Below are positions 26,516-40,209 of a stretch of DNA of 64,000 bases, piece by piece. Position numbers and translations under genes: made by a program. Under the pieces are notes generated by a model. It had not been told where the DNA came from. It saw nothing but the letters and a program-made list of their open reading frames with translations, and ran no database searches. Numbering within the stretch: position 1 is the stretch's first letter; each line of letters opens with the position of its first letter. This DNA is from Lingula anatina (Eukaryota; Animalia; Brachiopoda): positions 14,132,587 through 14,196,586 of the forward strand of contig CM120648.1 of the NCBI GenBank assembly GCA_051362555.1, in the 5' to 3' direction.

Positions 26516-29102
26516 TGTATATTGACTTGTCAAGCAGGTGTGTAACCAGGACCTCAGCAAGTTGAAATGAATTAAAACGCCCAGTCAGTTATTCAGCAAT
26601 GCTTGGTAACTATTCCTACGTTATATGTTCCCCTTCAATGAGACTAGGTGTTTGTTTTCAGATACATGTGTGTTTTAGATCTTTTTGTTACACTACAGTT
26701 TCATTTGCTAAGATACTAGTAAATGGTTTTATACCTCCACTTGTTGTGTCAGCTAAGCAATCGTATGAGGCCCACATGTGAGAGTTCACGAGTCGATAAA
26801 TATTCCAGTACTTGTATTGTACGATGTACCTCGCTTTCCCCACTGTATGTGCTGTCCATCCCGTCTGTTTTGTGCAATGTTGTGAACACTTCCCTTCATT
26901 ATGCCAATATGCACTTTCTGTGATCGGTAATTGTAATTATAAACGCCGCCAATCATCACGACGTCTTACCTTGGCTGTGTCAAAACGTAATTAAAGTCAT
27001 TTGTTTGTAAAAAGTCATTTGTAAACAAAGTTCAACTCTAAATCCTGTTCGTCGCACTGGGTTTCCGTTTTTGTTTCCGACTTGGGCCATAATATAATCT
27101 TCGTCAGACTCACACTCAGATTTTTTTCAAAATTTAATTGCATGATAGAGTAAGTATTAAGATAAGTATTAAGAATTTGATTGTATGGCATCGGAGTGTT
27201 TTAGGTACTTTATGAGTACAAGTATCCAGTCATGTGCTTTGCCAACTAGGATATTTATATTTCTTTCAATCTTAACATTTATCATTGGTATTTCCCTACG
27301 TGTTCTTTTGAAGACAGATGAAGTAACCACCTCTTGATAAAACACTTTAACAATACTACGTAGAGTGTTTAAAACGTTCTTTTCTATTAAAGACCTTGAA
27401 TATGTGCTAGTTAATAATAATATTCAAGAAGCGTATAGTAGAAATGCATTCAAACCGTGTGAATGAGCCTACCACCACTGCGTTTCTCAAGGGATATTCA
27501 ACCCACAGCCATGTATACATGCACAACGTCATCTGATGAGATAGCCGTTGTCGACCAAGGGATGCTGGCGTGCTCCTCCTGAAGTTCCTCGCTCTCCGGA
27601 AACACTACACAGTCGTCTCCATCTGTTGACATCTTATTTTTGTTGACGTAAATCCTGAAAATGACGCGTTTCTGTGCCTGGTATCTGTCGTTATCAGCGC
27701 CCGTATTACAAGAAAGTGCAACCAGCACAGAGGTATGTTTATTAGAATGTGAATGCCTTTAACAGCGTCATGGCTATCAGATAATGCATAACGCCATGTT
27801 TTTCCACAATGGTAGGGTTCAACTTTTATCATGTTAACCAAAGTGAAACACCGTTTTAAGCATTCTGCTGATGTAAAATAGAGCCAGATGTGAAATACGA
27901 AATAAATCATTATTCACAATTGTTACTTCATATTTCTAGAGGCGGGCAAAATGGATGTGAAGACGAATTCATTTTGTAAATGCACACCGCGGTGTTTTTC
28001 CCTTCCTTATCATAATCATATATACTGCAAGAAAGTTCAGTAGAATTGTTTTCATTCTTTCACGCACATTGATACCTGTAAATTTAACGTATACGGAAGG
28101 GATGCTGTCGAGGTGCATAGCTAATAAGCTAAGGAACCTTGGTCCACCCTTTTTCTAATGCTTCCAATATGATGCCAGAAGAAGATGCAATTAAGTTACG
28201 GATATCTTCGACCAACATTTATTCCGCATATATTACAAGTACATTTGAAGCCTTATCTAATGACAGACAAGTGGTACAGAGTCGTTAAAGTCGCTGACAA
28301 AATATGCTGTAGATAAAGATTTTCAAAAAGGCTGTCGGTGGCATGCTTTAAAAGAAGTCATGTGCGTTTCTACTTGATCTCTGAGTCTTGTAAGCTGAAT
28401 TTAAATAGCTAAAAGCGAACGGCGGTCCACTTGCCTCGATGTTTCACGTATTTCGCGTGTGCTGTTTTTCGTCAGCTAGTCAGAATGACATAAGCAATAG
28501 TCAGCTCTATCCACTTTTACCCTCACTGCTGTATTAGTAAACCATCTGCCAAGAACGGAACGTCATAAGATGATTTTTAAAAATTATTTTCCAACACTTT
28601 TAGTTCCAGAAGACATTGCCTTGTGAGCTTCCAACAAAACGATTGGAACAAAACGTATGATGCAACATGTATCGAACTTCGCCCAACACAGATCTCTTGC
28701 GATGTAACAGTTGTCTTGGTTCGTTCCCATTTATTATTCATCGCAAAGTTATTCCTGTTTAAACCCCACACTTACCCTGCCGTTAATGTGGTGTCTCTCC
28801 GTGTAGTCTGCTTTTCCAGTCTCTTTTACAGACGTGCTAATTCAGTTTTTCCTCCCTTAACTTGCAGATACGGCGCAAGATAACTTTTACTTTTAGTTGC
28901 AATAACGCAAACTTCTCACTGATACTGTTCTTTGTGAATATTAAAAGCCCTACACCCAAAAGGTGAAAACGAAACACCCTTTCGCATTCAAATCCAGTTA
29001 AAATATTTTTGTTTCCTCTGTCATGAAAAGAAAGCATTTATTTGAAAAAGCCAAGCTATCTTAAGAGGCGGCAACTGATCCAATATACTGCAATTAGCAT
29101 TC

Positions 29103-29364
29103 ACAATGAACTATCGGTCTACGTAGGGCTAATTTACAATGAACTATCGGTCTACGTAGGGCTAATTTACTATGAACTATCGGTCTACGTAGGGCTAATT
29201 TACAATGAACTATCGGTCTACGTAGGGCTAATTTACTATGAACTATCGGTCTACGTAGGGCTAATTTACTATGAACTATCGGTCTACGTAGGGCTAATTT
29301 ACTATGAACTATCGGTCTACGTAGGGCTAATTTACTATGAACTATCGGTCTACGTAGGGCTAAT
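29103..29364. repeat. 33-bp minisatellite, ~8 copies
   Basis: Unit ac(a/t)atgaactatcggtctacgtagggctaattt, with one variable site. Confidence 0.97.
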
Positions 29365-31294
29365 CGGTGGACTTGGGGTGACAGTGAAATGGTTAAACTT
29401 GTTTTTGGTCTTCTTCCCTCCCACGGTTGATGGTTTAACTTAGAGTGATTTATTTGCATGAACTTGAAATTGAACGTTTCCTTATTCAGTCCACATTGGT
29501 GCTACAAATCGTAGGAAGCTAAACCGACAACGTCTCTATCTTCAAGGAAGCCCCACGCAAGTCGTGCGGCAGCTCTATTTAGACTGAAAGAGCTGTGTAC
29601 AATCACTTTTCAACTGACTTTTCTTTACGACACTTCAAGTTTATTTTGGAGCAATGGCTCGCTCGTTGACGAAAAATAAATAAATAAATAAATCGCACGA
29701 AAATCGTATACGATTTCATCAGCGCTCCTGGCAAATGTAATGTAAGCTTTTTCATTAATTCTTTCAAAGAATTACAAAGTCTCAAAAGCAAGAAGTTTTG
29801 AAAACATTTTTAAAGCGCCAATCATTTTTCTAAGGAATCTCAGAGACATCTGTCGAACAATTTTTATTACCAGAAGACGTCATGAAAAGACTAGTAGTTG
29901 ACTGAGAAAACTCGTCGAAGTAACTTTCGCATACATGCACTGGGAATGTTTCAGAAAAAAAACGTCATCAAAATCAATTTGAATTCTCTCCATCTGAGTC
30001 CAGTCTGAGCACTGCCTATGGCGCTAGCCAAAGTTCCCCGAGGAATCCAAATTTTCACCCATACAGTGTGCTGTCATTGACGTTGCATTTGTTAATGTCG
30101 TTAAGCAGGAAATAATATAACTAGCAGGCGTGTCTTATTATATTTCAGGGGGTCTCAAAAGAGTTGAGTTACCTCTGTAATCGTATATGTACAGATCTTA
30201 AAGTAATTGATTGTGCAAACCTGCCATATGGTCTCCCTCTATGGTTCATGATGGCGAAACAGAATGAACATGTGTTCAATACATTAAATCTACAGTGTTT
30301 TGAAGGGTGCATGCACAGATCGTAGCCAGGAATTTATAAAGAGAAACTTTAAATGCAAAAATATGAACATTCGCCACAATTACCTAGCGATTGGAGACCT
30401 TTAGATAAAGTTTAGGTTATAAATAATTTCACTGTAAAGCTGTGTTTCTTTGCTGTAATGGAAATTAAAAAATGCTTATCCTAAACAGAAAGTTGTTGTT
30501 GATAGGTGTTTAAATCTGACTGGAGTCAGTGTCAAATGAGTGCGTGAAATAATAATATTTCATTTCTTTATATGCGTCTCAGCGCTGTTTACATACATAT
30601 AAAAAACTTAAACAACACTGATAAATTCAAAACTTATAGAAAAGTTATTTTTATAAAAAAACTAAAGGATACAAGTTAACCAAAGTCCTTTTTAATTGAG
30701 AACATTTTAATTGTTTTAAAAAACCTAATAAGAGTCATGTAAATACAAAATTCATTTGTTAATAAAATTCTACCAGTGAAATTGGTGCAGTAATCGCAAA
30801 CTCCTGTCACCCGATATCTTTTTTGTATCATTTCTTGAAATTGACTACTGGATGGAAGAGTCCTAATGGGAGCTGAGGGTTCTATCATATTGTTCATGCC
30901 AAGTGCCTCTTTTTATTCCGTAATATATTACACATCTACTTTAACGTAAAAAACGCTAGTGAGAATAATGTTATGGTTAAAATTGCACCAAATAACATAA
31001 ACTGCACTTACAAAAATAATTAAAAATAACAGATCAGTCTATTTTTGATGATTGTAGCGTTAGTTTTTTTGATCAATTATTCGTAAATGGACGGTAGACA
31101 AAATCAGACTTTACGTACGAAAATAGAATCTGGTATATACAGTACGTTTACTTGAATTTAAGATTTAATCCACAAATCATTGAAAATGCATGATTTTAAA
31201 AATGGTATATTACAACATTTTAATCACGTAAATATTTCCAGTCAAAGGATGGTCCAAAAAGATGTATTCATTTCATTTTCGTTACCATTTCTTA

Positions 31295-32230
31295 AGCCCC
31301 GTCACACTTATTCGGAATCAACAGGAATCAAGCAGAATGAGCCTGAATGAAGAATTTTCAAAAATCGCACCACATTCGGGAAAAAAGTTCTAATTGACCA
31401 TAATTTTTGTAAGAGTACCGTTGGAATACTCAGAATGCGCTGGAATGATCGGTGCACTTTCGGCTGTATTAGCTCTCAAATTCAGTTCGAATATAGTTGG
31501 AAAACTATGAATATCTATAATGCTGTCAGAAAGCAGTCAGAATATTTAGAATATACTTTGAATGGCGTACTAGTGTAGTTCGATTGCTGGCTAAATTAAT
31601 ATTTCAGCACATTCGAAGCACATTCGAAACATTCTGGCGGGATTTTACATCCCCGTCACACTAGAGGCGGAATGATCAAGAAATGCGTCGGAAGTACAAT
31701 TCTTTGTGCATTCCTGGATATTCGAAGAGCTTTCTAAAAATTCCGAGGGTATTCCAAGTATTTTTACCCATTCTTGTGGCCGGCTCGAATGTTTTGCTCA
31801 TGTCAAAACTTTCGAAGTGCATTCCAAGTGTAAAATTATCGAATGGCATTTGAACAGTATTCTAACTGCACTATGACTGCATTCTAAATATTCTCACGGC
31901 ATTCCGACAGCATTCGAAACATTCTGAACAGTTACCATTCCAGTGGCGTTATTTATACACTCTGGGCATCGTGTTACATTCTAAACATGTTAGAAAGTAA
32001 TTTTAAGTATTTTAGGTATTTCAGCTGCATTCTATTTCAAACCATAATTGGCAGCCATAACGGGAGCATTTTGACTGCATTTGAGTTCGCTTCGTATATC
32101 ATTCGAGGCACCTTCTTACATACTTCAGGTGCCTTAAGTTACGTGCCAGTTCGAATATCCCTCGAAAGTGATCAGAATGTTTCGAATGTTGCCAGAATGC
32201 CATGAGAATATTTAAAATACAGTCATAGTT
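31295..32230. mobile_element. Rearranged copy of the GAATG/CATTC-rich DNA transposon
   Basis: Terminal motif ccccgtcacact at ~31297 and again at 31651. Segments match 8258-8752 in both orientations. Confidence 0.75.
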
Positions 32231-33190
32231 TACAAGTCATAGTTTACAAGGTATACGAGGAAAAACCTCACACCAAACAAAACTTACGCATGCCTATGAA
32301 AATTGTAGTTTACCTTTCAAGAGAAAATACTTCTTAATCGACACACCATGTACAGGAAAAATTGCACCTATCGCCATCGGTCCGTCTATCTTAGTCAGTC
32401 CAACTCAACTGCCAAAATTTATTATGTTAAATTGAAATAAACGTCGCAACCTGTGGAAAACATCACACCTTCCCCAGATGACCCATCTAAAAAAACTTAG
32501 ATTGGACTAACTCAATTACCACAATTGTCCATTTAAGCTTAAGGAGAAATCACACTTATTGCAACTGGCCTTTCAAAATTATGTTGATCAATCCAGTGCA
32601 ACTACGACAATTGATCCTATGAGCTCTGGGAAACATCACACCTATGGCAATAGGTCTGTTAAAATTACATAGGTAAGTCCAGCTCAACTACCACAATTGA
32701 TGCTTACAGGTATTGCAATTTGTTCTTCTAAATAACATGAGTCTACCACAACTGAGACTTTAAACAATGGGAAACATCACTCGTATATTGCCATTAGCCC
32801 ATGGATATTACAGTAGATTGCCCAGTTAAAAAAGCACAATTGACTAGTTAACCATGAGAAATACAGACACTATGGCATTTTTTGTCTAAATAAGATAAGT
32901 CGGTCCAGTCCAACTACCAAAATTGGCAATATACTGTAAACTACGGTATTGGAAACATCACACCTATTGCAAATGGTACTTCTAAAATACAGGTTGTTAA
33001 GCTGAATCACCACAATTTACCCTTTTAACTATGGGGAATGTCGCAGTTATCACAAATTGTTTGTTTGAATTACGTAAGTCGATACTGTCGATACAATAAT
33101 TGACAATTAAATTTATCTGAAACATCACACACATTGCAACTGTTACCTGTAAGACAGTCTAACTCAACGACCATAAGTGATACTTAAAAC

Positions 33191-33364
33191 GGGGCCGTAG
33201 CAATAGTCCGAAGGTTCAATAGTCCGAAGGTTCATTGGTCCGAATGTTCACTACAGAACATTCGGACCAATGAACCCTTGATTAAAAAACCGATAAAAAT
33301 GTTACCGTTTTTCAGACCAATGAACCTTCGGAGCAATGAACCTTCGGACTATCGAGACGCCCCC
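33191..33364. mobile_element. MITE with 8-bp TSD and 15-bp subterminal repeats
   Basis: CTTAAAAC|ggggccgtagc...(aatagtccgaaggttc)n...(gaaccttcgga)n...gagacgccccc|CTTAAAAC. Confidence 0.85.
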
Positions 33365-33994
33365 CTTAAAACTATGGGAAATGTCGCAGCTTCCGGTATT
33401 GCAATTTGTTTGTCTAAAGATAGTCTAACCCGCCTACCTCACTGGACATCTTAAACTGTTGGAAACGTCAATCCTATCACAGTTTGTAAGTTTAATTTAC
33501 ATAAGATGGTCCTTCTTAACAACCACAATTGATATTTTATTGAAAACTGTCAAAATTACGTACAGTAGGTTTGTCCAACTGCCACAATTGATGCTTGCAA
33601 CCATCACAATTCATTCCTCTAAATTACATAACTCGATCCAGCCCAACTACTACACTTGACACTTTAAACCATGAGAAACGTCGCACCTATCACTGATGAC
33701 CCATATCCTTTACATAAGATGGTCCAGATCAACAAATACATTTGACCCTTTAAACTATATGGGAAAAGTCGCCGCTATCACAAATCGTTCATCTGAATAA
33801 CATAAGTTGGCACAGCCCAACTTCATCAATGCCACTTTAACCTATGGGAAATGTAGCACCTGTGGCAATTGGTGTGTCTAAATTATGCATATTTGAGCAA
33901 CTCAACTGTGGCAGTTGACAATTTAAACTGGGAAATATTACACCTCTCACAATCGTTTTATCCGATTTATATACAGTAAGTTTATCCAGCTTAA

Positions 33995-34901
33995 GGATAT
34001 TGTCACCCTTCGCCCCAAACTCCTTATTTACTGCCTATCACACATTTTTGGTAATAAATAAATCTTCAGTGATCAGTGATTAAATCAAGTGACATTTACA
34101 CGTCATCTTACGGGTGACGTCATAATTGTGATTTTGCAGTAGAAACTGAAATTTCTCTTTTACCTGAGCACCCATGATCACCGTTTCAACGCTGATTTAA
34201 TGACACCATTTAGTACTCCAAAATCCTTCCAGCGATTTTTCTAAAAAGTCTTAGATCAGATTCTATGGCTGCATTCACATCGAGAAGAGCCGAGGCTCAC
34301 CAAAGCCACGACCTAAATATGGCGGACGTACATGCACACTTAATTTTTCTCAGGTAGCTTCCGGGCAAATGGAGCCGAATTTAATGACTGTACCCCCGCA
34401 AGGATGATGCTTGTGAGAGGCAGAGAGACTATTAAAAGATTAAGCGGATTTCCTTTCATGTACGTCCTCCATATTTAGTTCGCAGCTTTGTTGAGCCTCG
34501 GCTCTTCTTGATGTGAATGCAGCCTATCTCTGATAAAGCAAAATAATACATTTGTTTAATGCAAATCTGTTATTACAGGCTCCTTATTCCATAACAAAAA
34601 CATTTAAACCAAAACACTGGCACGGGATTGTAGTTCATACTCTTGCGGGCCACTATGCCAATTTTTGCCCCATACCGATTGCTATCTCACCTCAAAATAG
34701 AAAGGTGTTAAATAGACGATTAAAGCTTTGAGTTGCCTATGCTTATACATTGCAATGAAATAATATAAACGCCTATTTATTTTATATTTTCAAGTTTTTT
34801 CATTGTTTTATGATCACAAAGATAGATGCATTATTGAATAATTAGATGCAGGAAAAAACTCACTTTCAGTATCTGGATGATAATAAAGGGTAACAATATC
34901 C
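33995..34901. mobile_element. Non-autonomous TTAA-specific DNA transposon (Kolobok-like)
   Basis: TTAA|ggatattgtcaccctt ... aagggtaacaatatcc|TTAA. The TIR matches at 15/16 and starts with purines. The flanks rejoin the satellite in register. Confidence 0.8.
34267..34524. mobile_element. PIF/Harbinger-type MITE with ~70-bp imperfect TIRs
   Basis: TAT|ggctgcattcacatcgagaagagccgaggctc ... gagcctcggctcttcttgatgtgaatgcagcc|TAT. Confidence 0.88.
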
Positions 34902-35411
34902 TTAATGACCACATTTGACCATTTAAACTATTGGAAATGTTGCAGCTATTGCATTGAGTTTGTCTTACTGTCAAGCCATGCTGCCGAAATTGTCAATTTA
35001 AACTATGGAAAACATCCCACCTATCACAATTCATTCACCTACATTACATAAAACAGCCTGGCCTAACTACCTCAGAGATTCTTTTAACTATAAGTCAAAT
35101 GTTGACACAATAGCAATTTGTCTTTATTACTTCCAGCTCCAGCCTCCAGCTGAAAGTTCCAGCTTCCAGTCCAGCTCAATTACCACAACTGACACTTAAA
35201 ATTAGGGAAAACATGACCCCTTTCAATAATAGACAATCTAATTAACTTACATAAGACCAACTTAACTACCACAATTTATCTAAAGGAAACATTGCAAATG
35301 ATGTAAAACAATCCAGCTCAACTACCAAAATTAAACTATGGAACACAATGCACCTTACACAATTGGTCCATCTCAACTACAACAAATTGACCACAAATTC
35401 TCAAAGTCATA

Positions 35412-35834
35412 CCCAGCAGGCAAATCATGTTGTTTCAACATTGAAACAATGTTGAACTATAACATTGACAAGATGTTGGATTAATGTTGGATTTGAAAGT
35501 TGGATCAGTGTCAAATAACAACGTTGTATCAATGTCAGATAACAACATTGTATCAATTAACCCCAGCTGTTAGACAACATTCTTGCATGAAAAGTCATTA
35601 AAATGACCTGTTTTTATTTTTGGTACAAAACACAGGTATACAATTATAACGTACACTGTAAAAACATCTAAGTGCCTGCTTTGTCTCATTATTTCAAGGC
35701 ATTTAGCTCCTAAGCATGTTACATGCTTTTAGACTGGATGTGTTTAGCAGTACTAGGACGCATTTGATGGCTAAATATATGTCGATCAAGTGTACAATGT
35801 ATATGTATGGCCTATAAGTTATGATTTCCCAGGT

Positions 35835-35877
<43 letters not shown>

Positions 35878-36376
35878 TATATATATATATATTTATATAT
35901 AAGAAAGTCACAGTCACCTCAACCTGTCTATCTATCTATAGCAGGGTACCATGAACTGTCAACAGTGTTAAACATCACTCCATCACACTTACATAAACTT
36001 ATTCATCCTTGTGTTAGCTGACCTTCTGAGGAAGTTTATTGGAATGTATTTCTAAATAACAAGTTAAGAAAATTCACTAGTTCACTAAAGACACAAAATT
36101 TCTACTTTAAAGCACCGTTTTTAATATTTTGATAAAGTTTGTTACAGTATTGATAAACATAGTATCACGTTTTCAATAATTAATATCTTAAATTATGATC
36201 CATGTCTTGCATCACGATGACCTAACAACAATGTCGAGTCAACGTCACATTACAACAGCATTTTGATGTGGCTGGATCAACACTGATTTGACATTGAATT
36301 TCGGAAGATCAATGGCGATTAAACGTCCCAACCTGTTTTCAACGTTGATCAAATGTCAAAAGTGTTGCTGTTTGGG
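35412..36376. mobile_element. Degenerate CCCAG-terminated non-autonomous DNA transposon (CMC/EnSpm-like)
   Basis: cccagcaggca start and tgctgtttggg end. Both ends carry CAACGTTG-like subterminal repeats, and (GA)n/(TA)n tracts lie inside at 35835-35900. Confidence 0.55.
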
Positions 36377-37427
36377 GGACAGAGGTCATGTGACTTATGG
36401 ATTTTCCACACAGTTTGTATTGGGCGTACAATAAATCTGCTCATCAAAAACAGTTCGTTTTGCTATATTTAAACAACCTTCTTACTTCAAGATGGACTAC
36501 CCCCCAAAGCACTGAAGAGATACAAGACAAACTGGAGTTTAGCAGTTTGGAGATTTGTCTGTACAAATTCCCTGCAGATGCCTGGGTGAATAATCCAAAG
36601 GACATTGAAAGTACCATTTTATTAAACTAAAGACCCCCACAGTGCATTATAAATCAGTATAAATGACCTCTTTATTTTACCCCAGAAGTTGGTTACTATT
36701 GGTCTTCATTTTTGTATCATGCATCCTTTAAAACTGCAACAGAGATTTCTGGGGTTCTACATGTCCTAAACTCTCAAAGTCTCCAGGTTGTAACACCAAC
36801 AGAATTTATTTTACTTACTATATAAAAGTTACATGGTACAATTTAAGGTCAATTTTGAGCTTCAACCCAACCTTCTGTTTTCAGTATCACTGAGATTTTC
36901 ACGTACATCTTTATCAATTAAAATGTCAACCATTTATATTATATACTGATTAGTTTAATCGCTTCAAATCCAAGTCCAACCCCACAAGGTGAACACTAAC
37001 ACGGACTCCTTATAATGCGCATCTAAAAGATAACCAGGCTTGAAACCAGAACAGTAAAATGTGAACTTCAAAGGTATGAAATATTATCTAAAGCTACTTA
37101 TACATAGTGAATAAATAATATGAAGACTTAAAAGTATTATTAAAAAATATTTTCCAATACTGTAGTGGCTGAAACATTCCTCTTTCCTCACCTAAAATCA
37201 TATATTTATATGTCATACAGGGAAAATGCTCTGGCTTAAAAAACCTTAACTCTCCTTGTCAAGACCTCGTTATAAATATCGGTACCACACAGATTAACTT
37301 GTATGAGGATACAATGGAGGAAAGAAAAAAACGTGAGCTAATCATACACTGTGCCCTGCCACACAGAGTAGGGACAAAAAAGGCATGATTATGTGACACT
37401 ACAATTAATAATAGTAATTTGACTCTG

Positions 37428-37666
37428 CAGGGCCGTAGCCTCCGGGGGGGCAGCTGCCCCCCCTGGGATTTGAGGTGCAAAAAAATAATTGCAAAGGTAA
37501 AAAAAATAATTCTGATTGAGCAATAAATAACAGTTAAAATGCACCAGAATGCAGTATTATACATACAGTTTTTAAAAATTCTCCACACCCCCCCTCTTCG
37601 GGGGCTTCGCCCCCTCGTGTCCGCTTACTGCCCCCCCCCTAGCATTTTGCTCAGGCTACGGCCCTG
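37428..37666. mobile_element. GC-rich MITE with 13-bp TIR CAGGGCCGTAGCC and 5-bp TSD
   Basis: CTCTG|cagggccgtagcc ... ggctacggccctg|CTCTG. Confidence 0.88.
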
Positions 37667-38706
37667 CTCTGTAATTATTTAAAAACTAATCCAACATTTA
37701 AGCTACAGGTTACTCCTTTTATTAAGATGACATGTACAATAACATTTCCCTTCATGTAATCCTGCTCAGGAAGCCAAAGGCAACATATTTAGTTTATTTA
37801 ATAGCAAATGCCTAATGTCTGAACAATTTACATTGTACAATGTACCAGTACTTTATTCATCTGTTAATTGCTCAGACATTATAGGCATTTGCTATGAAAT
37901 GAACTAAAAAGTACTGGTACAATGTACAGTGAACAGACAAGCAACATCATTATTCATTACACTGGTCTCAAGTACTATGAATTGTAATGTTACCTTGAAC
38001 ATGTATTAATTGTTACCTGCACTGTCTTTATCACCAGTGGCCAATCCTGGTAGATTATTTATACATAACCACTGCATCATCACTGTCAGTGTCAGTGCAG
38101 GTACAATTTTAATTGTTAAAACAGGTGAATAGAGGACTTGATTGGCAAGTGAACAGATCAGCAACAGGACTAATTACAGTGTTATTCCTCACATAATGTC
38201 ATAAATGATAATGTTACCTTAAAATGAATTTATTGTGTAGGTACTTGCAATTCTGTATGCCAAGGGCACCTAGGCCAACATGTGCTTGCAGGCTCTAAGT
38301 GTAGTATAATAGATTCTGTGGGTTTCCTACATAGAATTAGGGTATAACACATTGTATAAAATTATCACTATAAAAATAATCAATTTTAATTACTAAGTTT
38401 TGAAAAATGAACATTTTTCAGATAAATAAATTCACAATTCTTTTAATGAGAAAAAATTCTTAATGGTAGTTTTTAAATTGTCATAGAATGTTTTGTGAAG
38501 ATGCTCAAGTCTATGTACTTTTTACTAAAGATTTTGTAATGCACATGCGTGTACATGTACAAGCAATGGTGAACATTTCAGTACAATTAAACAAATCAAA
38601 ATGAAATGTGTATTGTGCTTGGAATACAAATGCATGTTTTCCACACGTATTATATGCCATATAAACACTGCAAATTAGAGTCATAAATAGGGATTTCAGT
38701 ATCATA

Positions 38707-38932
38707 GGCCCCATTTCCATAGATTTTTAGATCGATCTATCCTTGTGGGGAGTCTCACTAGATTACTGTCAGCTTGGCCGGCTTAAGCGTCTGCCCTGCC
38801 TACTAAAAGCTGCAAGGGGGTAATTAACTATGGTGCCCGCACAGCTGACTGCAATTTAGCGTGAACCCCCAGGTAGTTAGGTCGATCTAAATCTTAATCT
38901 CTAGATCATTCTAAATCTCAGGGAAAGCACCC
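38707..38932. mobile_element. 'GATCGATC'-family MITE
   Basis: ATA|ggccccatttcca...tagatcgatcta...taggtcgatcta...gggaaagcaccc|ATA. The interior matches 47532-47751 in reverse. Confidence 0.7.
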
Positions 38933-39719
38933 ATAGTCTCCACATCCGACAGGGGTTCATCTTCTACTTTACATAAAAGTCTAATGTGCACTTCAATCAT
39001 CTCACATCATCCACAGTAGATCCATAACTGAAAGGAAAAACATTTTTATTTAAACTGTTATTTAACCTCTCTTTAATCTGTATTTGTAAATAATTATAAG
39101 GTGTAAAAATTTCATTGAGCTTCGGCACACACGTAAAACTTGAAAACTAATTATTCACATAATTATAAGTTTTCACTATCACTGTTATCATTGTCACTAT
39201 TTTCTACCCATACGTGTACCTCCTTACTATTTATACTATCTATGCTGATTGGTTAATGGCTGGGACCACATACTCATGCCACCACCCACACCTAGTCCCA
39301 CATAACCTGTCTGCAGACCTACAGCTGCAGCATTTCATTAAAAACTTGAATTACCTTGTACATCCTGATTTACCTGACCAGTTAAATTTATATTTCAGTG
39401 TACCTTTCTGTACCCTAATTTCAAAACATCCAAATACTGTATCTGATTTTGATCTGCCTTTGTCCACATCTGACTAATAAAATAAAACAAGGTAGCAAAG
39501 CTGTCAAATGTACAGACAAAAAGTAGAAAATAATAATAAGCAAAACAGACAACTGTCAATTATGATGCAATCATACATTATGTACATTAGACTTCATTGC
39601 AAAGTCAACATCACATAAAGCTTCAGACCCTTGAAGTCCAAGTTCACACTTTGAAAATGCTAGACTGAGAAGAATAGAAAGTGCAGAAATTTAATTAAAA
39701 AATGATAATCCAATAGAGC

Positions 39720-40010
39720 TGTTAGGGGGTAGTTATCTTTTTACCCGTTAAGTCGATAGCAATTTACTGAGACTCCCTAGGGAGATCCAGATGGATCAAT
39801 CTAGGCATGGGAACCCAGTCATAAGTAACATGGTTTTCCCTAAATGGTCATCATAGGTCAGTGTCCAAAATAAGGTTTTCTTCAATTCTGATGGATTATT
39901 ACATAATGCTTAACAGCATAATGCTTATCAATTTATAATAATAAAATATAAGTATCTAGATGTTCAGAAAATGTGGCTAGCAAAGGTCTTCAAACCCATG
40001 GAGGTTCCAA
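39720..40010 (+). repeat. Half 'GATCGATC' MITE followed by a family X block
   Basis: gagactccctagggaga...gggaacccagtc matches 47690-47750. The following ggttttcttcaattctgatgg...cataatgcttaacag matches 42620-42660. Confidence 0.6.
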
Positions 40011-40209
40011 GCCAATATGTGATTTTTTTTTATTCAGTAGCAAATAAATATTCAATCTTACAGTTATTGCCTATGAATCACACACAAAAACAAACAATCA
40101 TACACTTACATACTTGTACTCTCTCTCTCTCTCTCAGTATAAAAAGGTTGTACAGTTACAGTATTGTATAAAAGGGTAGAAATAGAGATTGACAATCCAT
40201 GTTGCTAAC

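Larger units (their letters stand above)
32280..35400. repeat. Old degenerate satellite, ~85-bp monomer, interrupted by insertions
   Basis: Recurring aaactatgggaaacatcacacctattgcaa...ccagctcaactaccacaattgac, with landmarks about 86 bp apart (32455, 32542, 32628). Confidence 0.8.

Noticed and set aside
24914-26560. The full 548-aa ORF as a single-exon gene
   Set aside because: The listed start is TTG, and the first ATG is at 26515. The last residues (KLMTGDCKHRIVN) read through a canonical GTAAGT donor.
29042-29459. Repeat ORFs (ELSVYVGLIY)n and (LALRRPIVHSK)n, or a CRISPR-like array
   Set aside because: The frames are open only because the 33-bp unit is a multiple of 3. Units are head-to-tail with no spacers, and the context is eukaryotic.
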